64,000 nt of DNA from Candidatus Aenigmatarchaeota archaeon (GCA_018920185.1 JAHLMT010000002.1:91051-155050); one strand, 5' to 3'; shown: positions 19,238-29,164, numbered from the stretch's first letter. Numbers and translations: made by a program. The notes: generated by a model from the sequence alone, not told the origin.

Positions 19238-20121
19238 AATTAGCTGTAGTTGCTTTAGGTGGTAATGCTCTAATTCATCCGAAAGAAAGAGGAACTGCTG
19301 AAAGACAAATTAAGCATGTAAATGAAACTATTTTGCGTCTAAAATCTCTAGTAAAAAAATTTTCTTTAGTTTTAACAAATGGAAATGGTCCTCAAATAGG
19401 AAACTTATTACTCCAACAAGAACATTATAAACAAACTATACCAGTAATGCCTCTAGATACTTTAGATGCAATGACTCAAGGTCAATTAGGATATTGGATC
19501 CAACAATCTGTAGAAAACATTTTAAAGAAGAATGCCGTTACAATTATCACACGTGTATTAGTTGATAAAAAAGATCCAGCATTCAAAACTCCAACTAAAC
19601 CTATAGGTCCATATTATAAAAAGAAAATTTTTCCAAAGATGATTAAAGAACCAGAAGGATGGAGAAGGGTTGTACCTTCGCCTAAACCAGTAAAAATTAT
19701 TGACATCGAGGAAATTAGAAGTTTAGTTAAAAGAAATTTTGTTGTAATCGCATGCGGTGGCGGAGGAATACCGGTAATAAAGGAAAAAAACAAGTTTGTA
19801 GGTGTAGAAGCTGTAATTGATAAAGATTATTCAACTGCAAAGCTGGCTACCCAATTAAAAGCTAAAGTTCTTATTTTCTTAACCGATGTTCCACATGTCT
19901 ATTTAAATTATGGACAAAAAGATCAGAAACCAATTTTAAAACTAAAGAAAAAAGATGCAAGAATTCTTTTAGACTCAGGAGAATTCAAAGAAGGTTCTAT
20001 GAAACCAAAAATTGAAGCTAGCATAAACTTTTTAGAAAAAGGTGGTAAGAGAGTGATAATTACATCTCCACAAGAAATAAATTATGCATTAGCTGGAAGA
20101 GGAGGAACTGTGATTGAATGA
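19234..20121 (+). CDS. arcC: Carbamate kinase
   Basis: VALGGNAL, GNGPQIG, PTKPIGP, RRVVPSP, GGGGIPV, EAVIDKD, GSMKPK. Confidence 0.95.
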   Translation: MKLAVVALGGNALIHPKERGTAERQIKHVNETILRLKSLVKKFSLVLTNGNGPQIGNLLLQQEHYKQTIPVMPLDTLDAMTQGQLGYWIQQSVENILKKNAVTIITRVLVDKKDPAFKTPTKPIGPYYKKKIFPKMIKEPEGWRRVVPSPKPVKIIDIEEIRSLVKRNFVVIACGGGGIPVIKEKNKFVGVEAVIDKDYSTAKLATQLKAKVLIFLTDVPHVYLNYGQKDQKPILKLKKKDARILLDSGEFKEGSMKPKIEASINFLEKGGKRVIITSPQEINYALAGRGGTVIE

Positions 20122-20984
20122 AGCATTTGCTATCGATGAATGATTTGTCTAAAGTAGATATAGAAAAAATATTTCGATTAACTGATAAGTTGAAAAATAA
20201 ACAAACAAACGATTTAAAAGGAAAGAATATTGCACTAATTTTCCAAAAACCATCTACTAGAACAAGAGTTTCTTTTACAGTTGCTATTAATCAATTAGGC
20301 GGAAATGCGATAACATTAAATTGGAATGAACTACAGTTAGGAAGAGGAGAAACTGTAGAAGATACTACACGAGTATTAGAAAGATATGTTGATGCAATTG
20401 TTGCTCGTGTATTTTCGCATGAAGATTTAGTGAAAATGGCTAAGATATCTAAAGTACCAGTTATTAATGCGCTATCAGATTTAGAGCACCCATGCCAAGC
20501 TTTAGCTGATTTGTACACAATAAAGCAGAAAAAGAAAAATTTGAGAAGGTTGAAAATAGTTTTTCTTGGCGATGGTGCTAATAACACGTTTCATTCTTTG
20601 ATATTAGCTTGTGAAAAATTTGGTTTAGATATAGTTGTCTCTTGTCCAAATAATTATCGACCGAAAGTTAGAGCTAAATACAAAATCATAGAAGATCCAA
20701 AAGAAGCAGTTAAAGATGCGGATATACTCTATACAGATGTTTTCGTTAGCATGGGCCAAGAAACTGAACAAGAAAAAAGATTGAAAGAATTACAAAAATA
20801 TCAACTGAATTCTAAATTGGTTGAATTAGCTAAGAAAGATGTTATCGTACTTCATCCATTACCCGCTCATAGAGGACAAGAAATAACTTCCGATGTTATA
20901 GATGGGGAAAATTCTGTTGTTTTCGATCAAGCTGAGAACAGATTGCATACCGAGAAAGCTATTCTCTATCTTTTAATGAAATAA
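20118..20984 (+). CDS. arcB: Ornithine carbamoyltransferase
   Basis: STRTR, HPCQALAD, DVFVSMG, HPLP, QAENRLH. Confidence 0.93.
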   Translation: MKHLLSMNDLSKVDIEKIFRLTDKLKNKQTNDLKGKNIALIFQKPSTRTRVSFTVAINQLGGNAITLNWNELQLGRGETVEDTTRVLERYVDAIVARVFSHEDLVKMAKISKVPVINALSDLEHPCQALADLYTIKQKKKNLRRLKIVFLGDGANNTFHSLILACEKFGLDIVVSCPNNYRPKVRAKYKIIEDPKEAVKDADILYTDVFVSMGQETEQEKRLKELQKYQLNSKLVELAKKDVIVLHPLPAHRGQEITSDVIDGENSVVFDQAENRLHTEKAILYLLMK

Positions 20985-21006
20985 ATACCAGAACTAAAAA
21001 TTAAGT

Positions 21007-22008
21007 ATGGAAATTAAGGGTATTTCAACTGTTATCGCTTCTGTTCTAATGCTTATGATTGTCATAGCTTTAGCTGGCACTGCTTATCTATATATCTCAG
21101 GAACATTTACCAGCAAGACAGCGACAACATTTGAGATAATAGAATCTGTTAACGATACTGTTACAATAAGAAATTCTGGAACTGAGTCGATAACAAACAT
21201 AAAAGCTACATTGGACGGTGGTGATGTTAACATTGCTGTGGTTCCGAATATACAAGGATTAGTTGGATACTGGAGCTTTAATGAAGGGAGTGGAAGTACA
21301 ACAGCTGATAACAGTGGAAACGGGAATGTAGGCACTTTATTTAATAATCCTACTTGGGTTGATGGAAAGTTTGGAAAAGCTTTATGGTTTGACGGTGTGG
21401 ATGATTATGTACTCACAGGTTCTACTGGTTTGAACAATCAAGAAATTACTATAAATGTGTGGATTAAACCTGATACATCTAATAATCCAATATATTCTGG
21501 ACAAAATAGGATAGCAAGTGTTTTAGCTAATGGTGGGTTTTATCTGTATAATGACATAGGGGATGGAAAATCAGCGGCACATATAGTACATTATTGGGGG
21601 AGATGGAGCTATACATCAACTCCGGATAATATTATAGAAAATGGTAAATGGTATCCTATTGCATTTGTTATAAGCACTGTTAATGGAGGTACGCAAAGAA
21701 TTTATGTAAATGGTGAATTACGGGGTGAAAACACAAACATAGGATTCAGTTCTATTAACTTACTTGAACCCAATATCGGACGTGCCTCTTGGGGTGGAAC
21801 AACCCACTATTTTCATGGTCTAATTGACGAAGTTGCAATATACAACAGAGCTTTAAGCGAAAGCGAAATTAAACAATTGCATTCAGGTTTAGTATCCCCC
21901 GGACAAACAGCAACAATCAAACCTTTAATCTCCTTATCCAAAGGTACCCACACTCTACGCCTGTGCACATCAAGCATGTGCAGTACCGCAATTTTAACAA
22001 TCATTTAA
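21007..22008 (+). CDS. Archaeal type IV pilin-like protein with inserted LamG domain
   Basis: Class III signal KG-ISTVIASVLML; GLVGYWSFNEG...GKFGKALWFDG...GLIDEVAIYNRALS. Confidence 0.85.
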   Translation: MEIKGISTVIASVLMLMIVIALAGTAYLYISGTFTSKTATTFEIIESVNDTVTIRNSGTESITNIKATLDGGDVNIAVVPNIQGLVGYWSFNEGSGSTTADNSGNGNVGTLFNNPTWVDGKFGKALWFDGVDDYVLTGSTGLNNQEITINVWIKPDTSNNPIYSGQNRIASVLANGGFYLYNDIGDGKSAAHIVHYWGRWSYTSTPDNIIENGKWYPIAFVISTVNGGTQRIYVNGELRGENTNIGFSSINLLEPNIGRASWGGTTHYFHGLIDEVAIYNRALSESEIKQLHSGLVSPGQTATIKPLISLSKGTHTLRLCTSSMCSTAILTII

Positions 22009-22052
22009 CTGATTATTTCTTATTTTTTAACTTAAAAAACAATTATTAACTA

Positions 22053-23528
22053 ATGACAATTCCAACTTACAAAATGTATATAGATGGTAAATGGGTATCA
22101 AGCGAATCTGGAGAAACTTATACTCGTGTCAATCCTGCTAATTACAATGAAGTTCTCGGCAAATTCCAACAAGGAAATGAAAAAGATGTTGATAAAGCTA
22201 TTGATGCTGCAGAAGAAGCTTTTGAAAAATGGAGAGAAATACCTCCACCAAAAAGAGGAGAAATTCTTTTAAAAGCCGCGCAATTATTACGACAAAATAA
22301 AGAAGAATTGGCAAGAATAATGACTAGAGAAATGGGAAAAGTTTTGATGGAAGCTCGTGGAGATGTGCAAGAAGCTATTGACGTATGTGAACTAATGGCA
22401 GGCGAAGGTAGAAGATTATTCGGAAGAACTACAACAAGTGAATTGCGCGATAAATTTGCAATGACCGTTCGTTTGCCCTTAGGTGTTGTCGCATGCATAA
22501 CTCCCTGGAACTTTCCTGTTGCTATACCAGCATGGAAAATTGCAGCAGCACTGATTTGTGGTAATACAGTTGTATTCAAACCATCCAGCGATACTCCGAT
22601 ATGTGCGATTAAATTTGTTGAAATTTTAGAAAAAGCTGGTGTACCAAAAGGTGTTGTTAATCTTGTTACGGGTCCTGGTGGTACTGTTGGCACACATTTA
22701 GTTAAAAGTAAAAAAGTCAGAGCTGTTTCTTTTACCGGTCACCGCGATACGGGTGCACAAATTCTAAAGGATGCAGGTGTTGGAAAGAAAATAGGGTTGG
22801 AAATGGGGAGTAAGAATCCGATAATTATCATGGATGATGCAGATTTGAAACTTGCATTAGACGGCGTTATATGGGGAGCATTCGGCACTAGTGGTCAGAG
22901 ATGTACAGCTGCAAGTCGAATAATTGTTCACAAAAAAGTTAAACAGAAATTTGAAAGGATGCTAATAGAAAAAACAAAGAGATTAAGAATCGGCAATGGA
23001 TTGGACCCGAAAACAGATGTCGGTCCTCTGGTGAATAAAGCAGCACAAGATAAAGTTATCGGCTATATCGAAATTGGGAAAAACGAAGGTGCAATGCTAT
23101 GTTGTGGAGGTAAAGTTCCTAAATTAAACGGCTGGTTTGTTGAACCCACTATATTCACCAACACATCGTCAGATATGAGAATTTTCCAGGATGAGATATT
23201 CGGTCCTGTAACAGCTCTAACAGAAGCGAGGAATTTGGATGATGCCATAGATTTAGCCAATGCTGTTGAATACGGACTAAGTTCTTCTATCTATACCAAA
23301 GATATCAACAATGCCTTCCACGCAATAAAACATCTTGAGTATGGTATAACATATGTTAACGCACCGACAATAGGAGCAGAAGTTCATTTACCATTTGGTG
23401 GAGCTAAAGCATCAGGTTCTGGATGGAAAGAAGTCGGTTGGACTGGGACTGAATTCTTTAGTGAAGAAAAAACTGTTTTCATTGATCATTCAGGTAAATT
23501 ACAAAGAGCACAGATTGATATAGGATAA
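22053..23528 (+). CDS. NAD(P)-dependent aldehyde dehydrogenase
   Basis: ITPWNFP, FKPS, LEMGSKNP, SGQRCTA, EIFGPV, LPFGG. Confidence 0.93.
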   Translation: MTIPTYKMYIDGKWVSSESGETYTRVNPANYNEVLGKFQQGNEKDVDKAIDAAEEAFEKWREIPPPKRGEILLKAAQLLRQNKEELARIMTREMGKVLMEARGDVQEAIDVCELMAGEGRRLFGRTTTSELRDKFAMTVRLPLGVVACITPWNFPVAIPAWKIAAALICGNTVVFKPSSDTPICAIKFVEILEKAGVPKGVVNLVTGPGGTVGTHLVKSKKVRAVSFTGHRDTGAQILKDAGVGKKIGLEMGSKNPIIIMDDADLKLALDGVIWGAFGTSGQRCTAASRIIVHKKVKQKFERMLIEKTKRLRIGNGLDPKTDVGPLVNKAAQDKVIGYIEIGKNEGAMLCCGGKVPKLNGWFVEPTIFTNTSSDMRIFQDEIFGPVTALTEARNLDDAIDLANAVEYGLSSSIYTKDINNAFHAIKHLEYGITYVNAPTIGAEVHLPFGGAKASGSGWKEVGWTGTEFFSEEKTVFIDHSGKLQRAQIDIG

Positions 23529-23530
23529 AC

Positions 23531-24103
23531 TCATAGTTTAACACTAATCTCCATAGCATCCTTAACATTTTTTGAAAATTCTAAAGGAACATTAATGGTT
23601 TTACTATTATATTTTCCAGAATTTCTTACATAACTAAGATAATCTTTCATATACTGTTCAAAAATACCAACATTATCTGCGATAACAACACTACCTTTCT
23701 TCAAGTTCTTTTCAGCTAGCTTAAGATAGTTAAAATATTCTTCTTTAGTTGCATCTATAAACATTAAATCGAACTTTTCTTTTAGTTTCGGGATTACATC
23801 TAAAGCGTCCCCGACAATAATTTCTATTTTGTTAGAGAGGTTAGTTTGCTCTATGTTTTTTCTTGCCATATCAGCATACTGAGGGTTTATTTCGATAGTT
23901 ATTACTTTTCCACCTTTAGGTAACAATCTTGCCATGAATATAGCAGAATATCCAAATAAAGTTCCAATCTCTAAGATTTTCTTTGGTTTATGTTTTTTAA
24001 TTTCGTCTTCGATAATTTTTCCTTTTATCGGACCTATTGATGGAATAAATTGCTTCTCTCCTAATTTTTCTAGTGCTCTAAGAACTTGTATCGATCTATC
24101 CAC
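23531..24103 (-). CDS. SAM-dependent O-methyltransferase
   Basis: ILEIGTLFGYS, GDAL, FDLMFIDA, ADN. Confidence 0.88.
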   Translation of the reverse strand: MDRSIQVLRALEKLGEKQFIPSIGPIKGKIIEDEIKKHKPKKILEIGTLFGYSAIFMARLLPKGGKVITIEINPQYADMARKNIEQTNLSNKIEIIVGDALDVIPKLKEKFDLMFIDATKEEYFNYLKLAEKNLKKGSVVIADNVGIFEQYMKDYLSYVRNSGKYNSKTINVPLEFSKNVKDAMEISVKL

Positions 24104-24434
24104 GAATTATATATGTATTCTATTTAAAATTATGATGTGTAAATGCGATAAACAAAATTTGCTACAATTAAAAATAAGACAAGTTTTTCATCAAGAGACA
24201 ACTTCTAGGTTGTTGAAAAATTGGAAAAGGCAATTGGAAAGAAGATTTATATGAGAATTTTTATCTAGATTTCTTAGAAAGATCGTTTGGTTAATTTATA
24301 TTTTAGATAATTCTATAAGATTTAAATGATAGCCAAAGGTCAGAGAGACCAAAGAGAAAGGATAAAGATTAAATTAACTGAACTAGGAATATTGGTAAAG
24401 GAATATTGGTAAAGGGATATGTAGGCTGATAACT

Positions 24435-24707
24435 GTGAAAAGAGTAAATGCAAAGATATACGGCATCGTGCAGAATGTTGGTTTTAGAAATTTTATTAAG
24501 AAGAACGCTGAAAAGTTGGGAATTACTGGTTGGGTGAGGAATAATTTTGATGGCACAGTGGAAGCTGTGTTTGAAGGCGATGATAATGCTGTATCAGAAA
24601 TTATAGAAAAATGTAAGAAAGGTCCTCTTCTAGCTTTGGTTGAGAAGGTTGAAGTCAGGGAAGAAGAACCGAAGAAAGAGTTCGACGAGTTTCATATTTT
24701 TAGATAG
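24435..24707 (+). CDS. acyP: Acylphosphatase
   Basis: GIVQNVGFR, GWVRN..DGTVE, GP. Confidence 0.92.
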   Translation: MKRVNAKIYGIVQNVGFRNFIKKNAEKLGITGWVRNNFDGTVEAVFEGDDNAVSEIIEKCKKGPLLALVEKVEVREEEPKKEFDEFHIFR

Positions 24708-24773
24708 AGATATTAAATTATATAATTCTTGGTAGTCAAAATCTTTAATCCTGTCTACATGTGCCTTACAAAG

Positions 24774-26075
24774 CTAACTGCAATCCCCTGGACAACCACC
24801 AGTAGTCCTTTCAATATCTTGACATATACCATCTCCACACCGACCACTTGCACCCCCAAGTGTGGGTTGTTGTTGAGATTGTGTCTGAGTTAGAGTAGAA
24901 CGTTCTTTCGGAGACCCAGAAGGATTACCGCCATACTGTCTTGAAAAATCTTGGAGTACTTTCACTACTTTAGGCATATCTGAAAATGAATGTTCTGCCC
25001 GACACCAAAATATTTTTGTGACACCATTGCCGAATGTTGATTCTATATGCTGTTTCACCCATTCTGCTTCCACATCTGCGTCAGAAGAAATTGTGAACCT
25101 ATCTCCGACATCACGGCTGCCAGTCTCGGAAAGCCAAATCTCTTTATCCGCCGGGACATACCGCTTCCAATAACTTATATACTTTGCTATGTCTGGCTCT
25201 TTTTTCCCTACCAAATAATGAAAATTAAAGAAATCCATATAATTTGTTCCACCGTTTTTAAAGAAGTAGCCAAAATTCGCTTCACCCATCGGATCAATTC
25301 GGCTATTCATGTCATATATCGGTGCCGGTCCGCCAGGAGAAATCATAAGTGATTTGTCCACCTCTTTTGCTGCTTCATAAGCAGTTTTCACTAAATCAAA
25401 AAAGTTTTTATAACAAGTTTCGCCAGTAGTTTCGCAAAATGGTTCAATTCCAACTTCCCAATAAGTAATTTTGGTCGTAAGTCCAGGCATGTCATTTTTG
25501 CCATCACCATTATAACGATCAACAACTGCTTTTACATAATTCCTGAAACTCGAAAGATCAACAGACTGCTTTATTTTCGGCATACCTGTAGGAAATACTG
25601 TACCAAAAATTTGAATGCCAGATGCTTGCATTTGCTTAACAACCTCGTCAGGTATGGAAAAATCATAACTCCCCTTTTGTTTTTCAATTGTTTCCTGAGA
25701 AAAGACGTCTCCCAGTGGTCTCCCCCAACCGAACCCAAGAGCTTTTGTATCTTGGATATCATCTGCTATACCTGTTTTACTGAACCCGTCACATAATCCA
25801 AATTTCTCACTACCGCGATAACCCTCAATTGGTTGAGTTGTTGTGGTCTGCTGAATTTGTCTAGTAGCACAGTCTTGAGGACATCCACCGGTTTGTTTTT
25901 CTATATCATCGCAAACATTATCACCACATTTCCCCACTGAAGGCTGACCGGTAGAAGTTTTCTCGGATATAGGAAGAGTTGATTTAGTGGGTTTCTGAGT
26001 AATAAGGTAAATTGAAGCAACTGCAGCTGCCGAAATAATTAATACAATTAAAACTGCAATTGTTACAACATTCAT
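24774..26075 (-). CDS. Membrane-anchored clan GH-A-like glycoside hydrolase flanked by two Cys-rich modules
   Basis: N-terminal TM; YWEVGIEP and IWLSETG catalytic-Glu-like motifs, NFHY; CGDNVC..E..GGCPQDC and CGDGIC..E..GGCPGDC. Confidence 0.7.
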   Translation of the reverse strand: MNVVTIAVLIVLIISAAAVASIYLITQKPTKSTLPISEKTSTGQPSVGKCGDNVCDDIEKQTGGCPQDCATRQIQQTTTTQPIEGYRGSEKFGLCDGFSKTGIADDIQDTKALGFGWGRPLGDVFSQETIEKQKGSYDFSIPDEVVKQMQASGIQIFGTVFPTGMPKIKQSVDLSSFRNYVKAVVDRYNGDGKNDMPGLTTKITYWEVGIEPFCETTGETCYKNFFDLVKTAYEAAKEVDKSLMISPGGPAPIYDMNSRIDPMGEANFGYFFKNGGTNYMDFFNFHYLVGKKEPDIAKYISYWKRYVPADKEIWLSETGSRDVGDRFTISSDADVEAEWVKQHIESTFGNGVTKIFWCRAEHSFSDMPKVVKVLQDFSRQYGGNPSGSPKERSTLTQTQSQQQPTLGGASGRCGDGICQDIERTTGGCPGDCS

Positions 26076-26137
26076 TAAAATATTTTGATTTTAGCTTATA
26101 AATAGTTTCTGATAACATCTTTTATCGCAATGGACGA

Positions 26138-26251
26138 GTGAAAGGCACATTCGGCGAGACATTAAGAATTGTTATAGCTTTGGTGTTTGCTATCACTGCT
26201 TTGATTCTTATCTGGTATTTCCATGATAAGATAGCTGATTTGCTCTTATGA
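26138..26251 (+). CDS. Putative 37-aa pilin-like membrane micro-protein
   Basis: GTG start: MKGTFGETLRIVIALVFAITALILIWYFHDKIADLLL; KG followed by a hydrophobic helix. Confidence 0.45.
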   Translation: MKGTFGETLRIVIALVFAITALILIWYFHDKIADLLL

Positions 26252-26504
26252 AGTATTCCACAAAACTCTCTAAATTTAAAAATTAGGTATGACCACAGAA
26301 AAATTTGTCAAAAAAAATTCGAAGAGGTAAAATCGGAGACGATCAAGATTATTTCGAATGGTTCTCGTTGTTTAAAGCTAAGAAACATTGGGAAGACGAA
26401 CTTAAGCAACTACAGGCTGAATAATGATCTCCGATTACTTTCAATTGGTCGAAAAACTTCTATTTCCATGTCCATTAACAGTTTCGACAGTTAATGAAAT
26501 TTAA
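26248..26504 (+). pseudogene. Degraded toxin-antitoxin pair (DUF6516/TumE-associated type, tentative)
   Basis: Broken frames give KLSKF..GMTTEKFVKK..GKIGDDQDYFEW..., coupled by TAATG to a truncated MISDYFQLVEKLL.PCP ORF. Confidence 0.45.
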
Positions 26505-26562
26505 ATAAATTATCTCCAATCGAATAGATACCTTTAAAAGCTATCCTCCCAAATATCTTTAT

Positions 26563-26925
26563 ATGGCAGCAAGACGTAAAGCACCAGCTTCTACCTTAAA
26601 GGTAGGAGAATGGGCTTTTCTCGTTGGAGTTTTGCTAGCGATTGTCCTTGGGTTATTCCCACAGGCACTAGCAGCAACTACGGTGACTGCTGTATTAGTT
26701 GTACTTGGTATTATCGTAGGCCTAGTTAACATAGTTGCCAAAGAATCGCACAACTTCCTGTTAGCAGCTGTAGCCTTGCTTGTAGCAGGTACAGCTGGTT
26801 ACGGTGTATTACCAGGATTAGGAAACTACTTCGCTGCTATTTTAACAAACATCTCAACATTCGTATCACCAGCAGCTGTAATCGTGGCACTCAAGGCAGT
26901 TTATGAGCTAGCAAGAAAACCTTAA
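26563..26925 (+). CDS. Small multi-pass membrane protein
   Basis: Four hydrophobic segments; GEWAF, LVNI..KE..NFLLAAVAL, FVSPAA. Confidence 0.75.
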   Translation: MAARRKAPASTLKVGEWAFLVGVLLAIVLGLFPQALAATTVTAVLVVLGIIVGLVNIVAKESHNFLLAAVALLVAGTAGYGVLPGLGNYFAAILTNISTFVSPAAVIVALKAVYELARKP

Positions 26926-26928
26926 ACT

Positions 26929-27501
26929 TTACTTTTTCTTTTGTCTTTTTTTACTTACATATAGCTTTTTATACCCCACCCAAAGAACAAGCAACAATTC
27001 TACGAAAATTACTATTACTCTCAGAACTTTATCAGCTTCACCAAAAAATCTGACAGTAGCATAGAACAAAAGAATTATCCCACCAAACATTATTCCAGTT
27101 GCAAGAAATTCTATCCTCCATAATGTACCCGAAAATATAGCACCAACTCCAACTAGCCCAATAATGATGAAAATATTTCTTGCATACACTTTCCTCGCGT
27201 CATCATATACTCTATTACAAAAATCACATTTATCGAATATAAGACAACCAGTTTCATTAGTTTTAAATCTTGGTATACCACCATCTTTTAAACACCGACT
27301 GTATTCTTCGCCATATTCATAATCGCACTTAGGTTCCCCAACTGGTATTGGCTTAGTACGAAGTTCGAATTCATCTTTGCAATAATTAGAATATTTAGGT
27401 TCGGGATATACAGCATCTACGAGCAATATTACAAATAAAGCAGAAAGAATAGCTACAGCAGCTGCAATTGCTATTTGTCTTAAATCGACCATTAAAAACA
27501 A
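26929..27501 (-). CDS. Membrane protein with Cys-rich extracellular loop
   Basis: TM, loop YPEPKYSNYC with six Cys, three further TMs. Confidence 0.75.
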   Translation of the reverse strand: MFLMVDLRQIAIAAAVAILSALFVILLVDAVYPEPKYSNYCKDEFELRTKPIPVGEPKCDYEYGEEYSRCLKDGGIPRFKTNETGCLIFDKCDFCNRVYDDARKVYARNIFIIIGLVGVGAIFSGTLWRIEFLATGIMFGGIILLFYATVRFFGEADKVLRVIVIFVELLLVLWVGYKKLYVSKKRQKKK

Positions 27502-27511
27502 ATGTGAATCT

Positions 27512-27796
27512 TTATTTATTAACTTCTTTGTTCAATTCTTCAGCAAGATAATGCCCACTCATGTTCAGTTTCACATGTGTGACACCAGGTATATGAGAGA
27601 CAACTTCTTTTATATCATAAGCCATCTTTAGAGCAAGCATGGGCGGGCAATAAGGAGCTGTTAAATGAAAATCTATAATAACTTCACCGTCTTTAATTTC
27701 TATCTTGTCTACTAGCTCCATTTCTGTTATCGGCACGTTTAATTCTGGGTCCATTACCTTTTCTAACTCTTTTAAAATAGTTTTCTTATCTATCAT
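27512..27796 (-). CDS. DUF59/MIP18 Fe-S assembly protein (probable start ATG 27796)
   Basis: VMDPELNVPITEMELV, LTAPYCP. Confidence 0.85.
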   Translation of the reverse strand: MIDKKTILKELEKVMDPELNVPITEMELVDKIEIKDGEVIIDFHLTAPYCPPMLALKMAYDIKEVVSHIPGVTHVKLNMSGHYLAEELNKEVNK

Positions 27797-27852
27797 TAGA
27801 AATTCCCCAGCGCATAATAAATTGTTTATCTTTAAAAATCCATATTCAAATT

Positions 27853-28131
27853 GTGCAGCAAATCGTTGTCGTAAAACGAAGGGGACGAAAAGTGAATTTC
27901 GACGAAAGGAAAGTTTATGCATCAATTTACTTTGCTTGCATGAGCGCATATTATAGTGAAATAAAGTGTGAAAAAATAGCTGAAAAAGTTACAAAGAATT
28001 TAAAAAAATGGTTAAAAAATAAAAGAATCGTAAGTTCTTCTGAAATAAGACGAAAAGTTATGAAAGAATTGAAAGATGCGAAAATCGCATTCCATTATGA
28101 TAAGCACTTGCCCAATTTGTCTAAATTGTGA
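27853..28131 (+). CDS. Stand-alone ATP-cone domain protein
   Basis: VVKRRGRKVNFDERKV..SI..A, VSSSEIR. Confidence 0.8.
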   Translation: MQQIVVVKRRGRKVNFDERKVYASIYFACMSAYYSEIKCEKIAEKVTKNLKKWLKNKRIVSSSEIRRKVMKELKDAKIAFHYDKHLPNLSKL

Positions 28132-29162
28132 TGATGATGAAAGAATCTACCAGAAGATTAATAACAATGTGGGTAATGTTATTATTATCAATAGCTGGTT
28201 TAGTTGTAGCTGGCTATCAAACATACGAACACTACTTTTTAACAACAAGTATATGCGACATTTCAGCTACACTTTCTTGCTCTGTAGTAACAGAATCACG
28301 ATATGGTGAGTTTCCTCCAGATTCAGGAATAGCCGTAGCAGCTTATGGTGTATTATGGTGGGGGGTGTTAATTGTGCTAATTTATCAAAATCTCAGAAAA
28401 ATATCCAAAAATGAATTTTACATTTCCCTGTGGATAATCTTAGGCTTGTTATTTGTTTTCTACCTTCTTACAGTAGAGCTTTACATTCTTCCGAGAGAAA
28501 TTGGAATGATTGTAATATGTCCTTTATGTACAGTTCAACACATTTTCATAGGAATTTTATTAGTCCTAAGCTTCCTGTTGCTTCGAAAATCAATTAAATC
28601 ATACTTGAAAAATTTGTTTTTTATCGAGAAAGAAGGAAAAGGAAAGCAGATAAATCCAAAACCACTTTTTGTTCTTGGTACGGCTTTCATAATAACGATC
28701 GGCGGTTATTTCATCCTAGGCAGTGGATTAAGAGAAATTAATTATTATGATTTCGCCAAATGTCTAGCTGACAAGAATGCGACCATGTATGGGTTCAAAG
28801 CGTGTCCTAACTGCAACAAACAAGAGCATATTATTGGAAGAGAAGCATTTGAAATGTACATAGAAGGAACAGGAAGATATGTTTTGTGCAGACCTGAATC
28901 AGAAGGTAGCAAACCGATAGGTGTGAGACTGCAAAATATAAGCATACTCACAGAGTACAAGGATAAAATATCTCCTCTCACAACCCAGGCAGAATTGTGC
29001 TCATTAATGGTGGGTAAAGGTACACCAACTTGGATAATTAATGAAAAACAAGTTGTCGGCTGGAAAACTATACCAGAACTTTCTGAATTATCCGGATGTC
29101 CTGTACCCGAAAATTTCAAAGGAGAGATTGTAGGTAAGGGTAAAAGAATAACTCCCGTCTAA
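28128..29162 (+). CDS. VKOR family disulfide-formation protein fused to thioredoxin-like domain
   Basis: CDISATLSCSVVTES loop, ICPLC, then FAKCL...CPNC...GTPTW. Confidence 0.85.
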   Translation: MMMMKESTRRLITMWVMLLLSIAGLVVAGYQTYEHYFLTTSICDISATLSCSVVTESRYGEFPPDSGIAVAAYGVLWWGVLIVLIYQNLRKISKNEFYISLWIILGLLFVFYLLTVELYILPREIGMIVICPLCTVQHIFIGILLVLSFLLLRKSIKSYLKNLFFIEKEGKGKQINPKPLFVLGTAFIITIGGYFILGSGLREINYYDFAKCLADKNATMYGFKACPNCNKQEHIIGREAFEMYIEGTGRYVLCRPESEGSKPIGVRLQNISILTEYKDKISPLTTQAELCSLMVGKGTPTWIINEKQVVGWKTIPELSELSGCPVPENFKGEIVGKGKRITPV

Positions 29163-29164
29163 AG

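Noticed and set aside
24386-24420. Tandem GGAATATTGGTAAA x2 as a CRISPR or regulatory array
   Set aside because: Only two adjacent units with no spacer; most likely a slippage duplication
24104-24434. ORF 23934-24254 or a gene remnant upstream of acylphosphatase
   Set aside because: Overlaps the methyltransferase antisense and shows no interpretable motif
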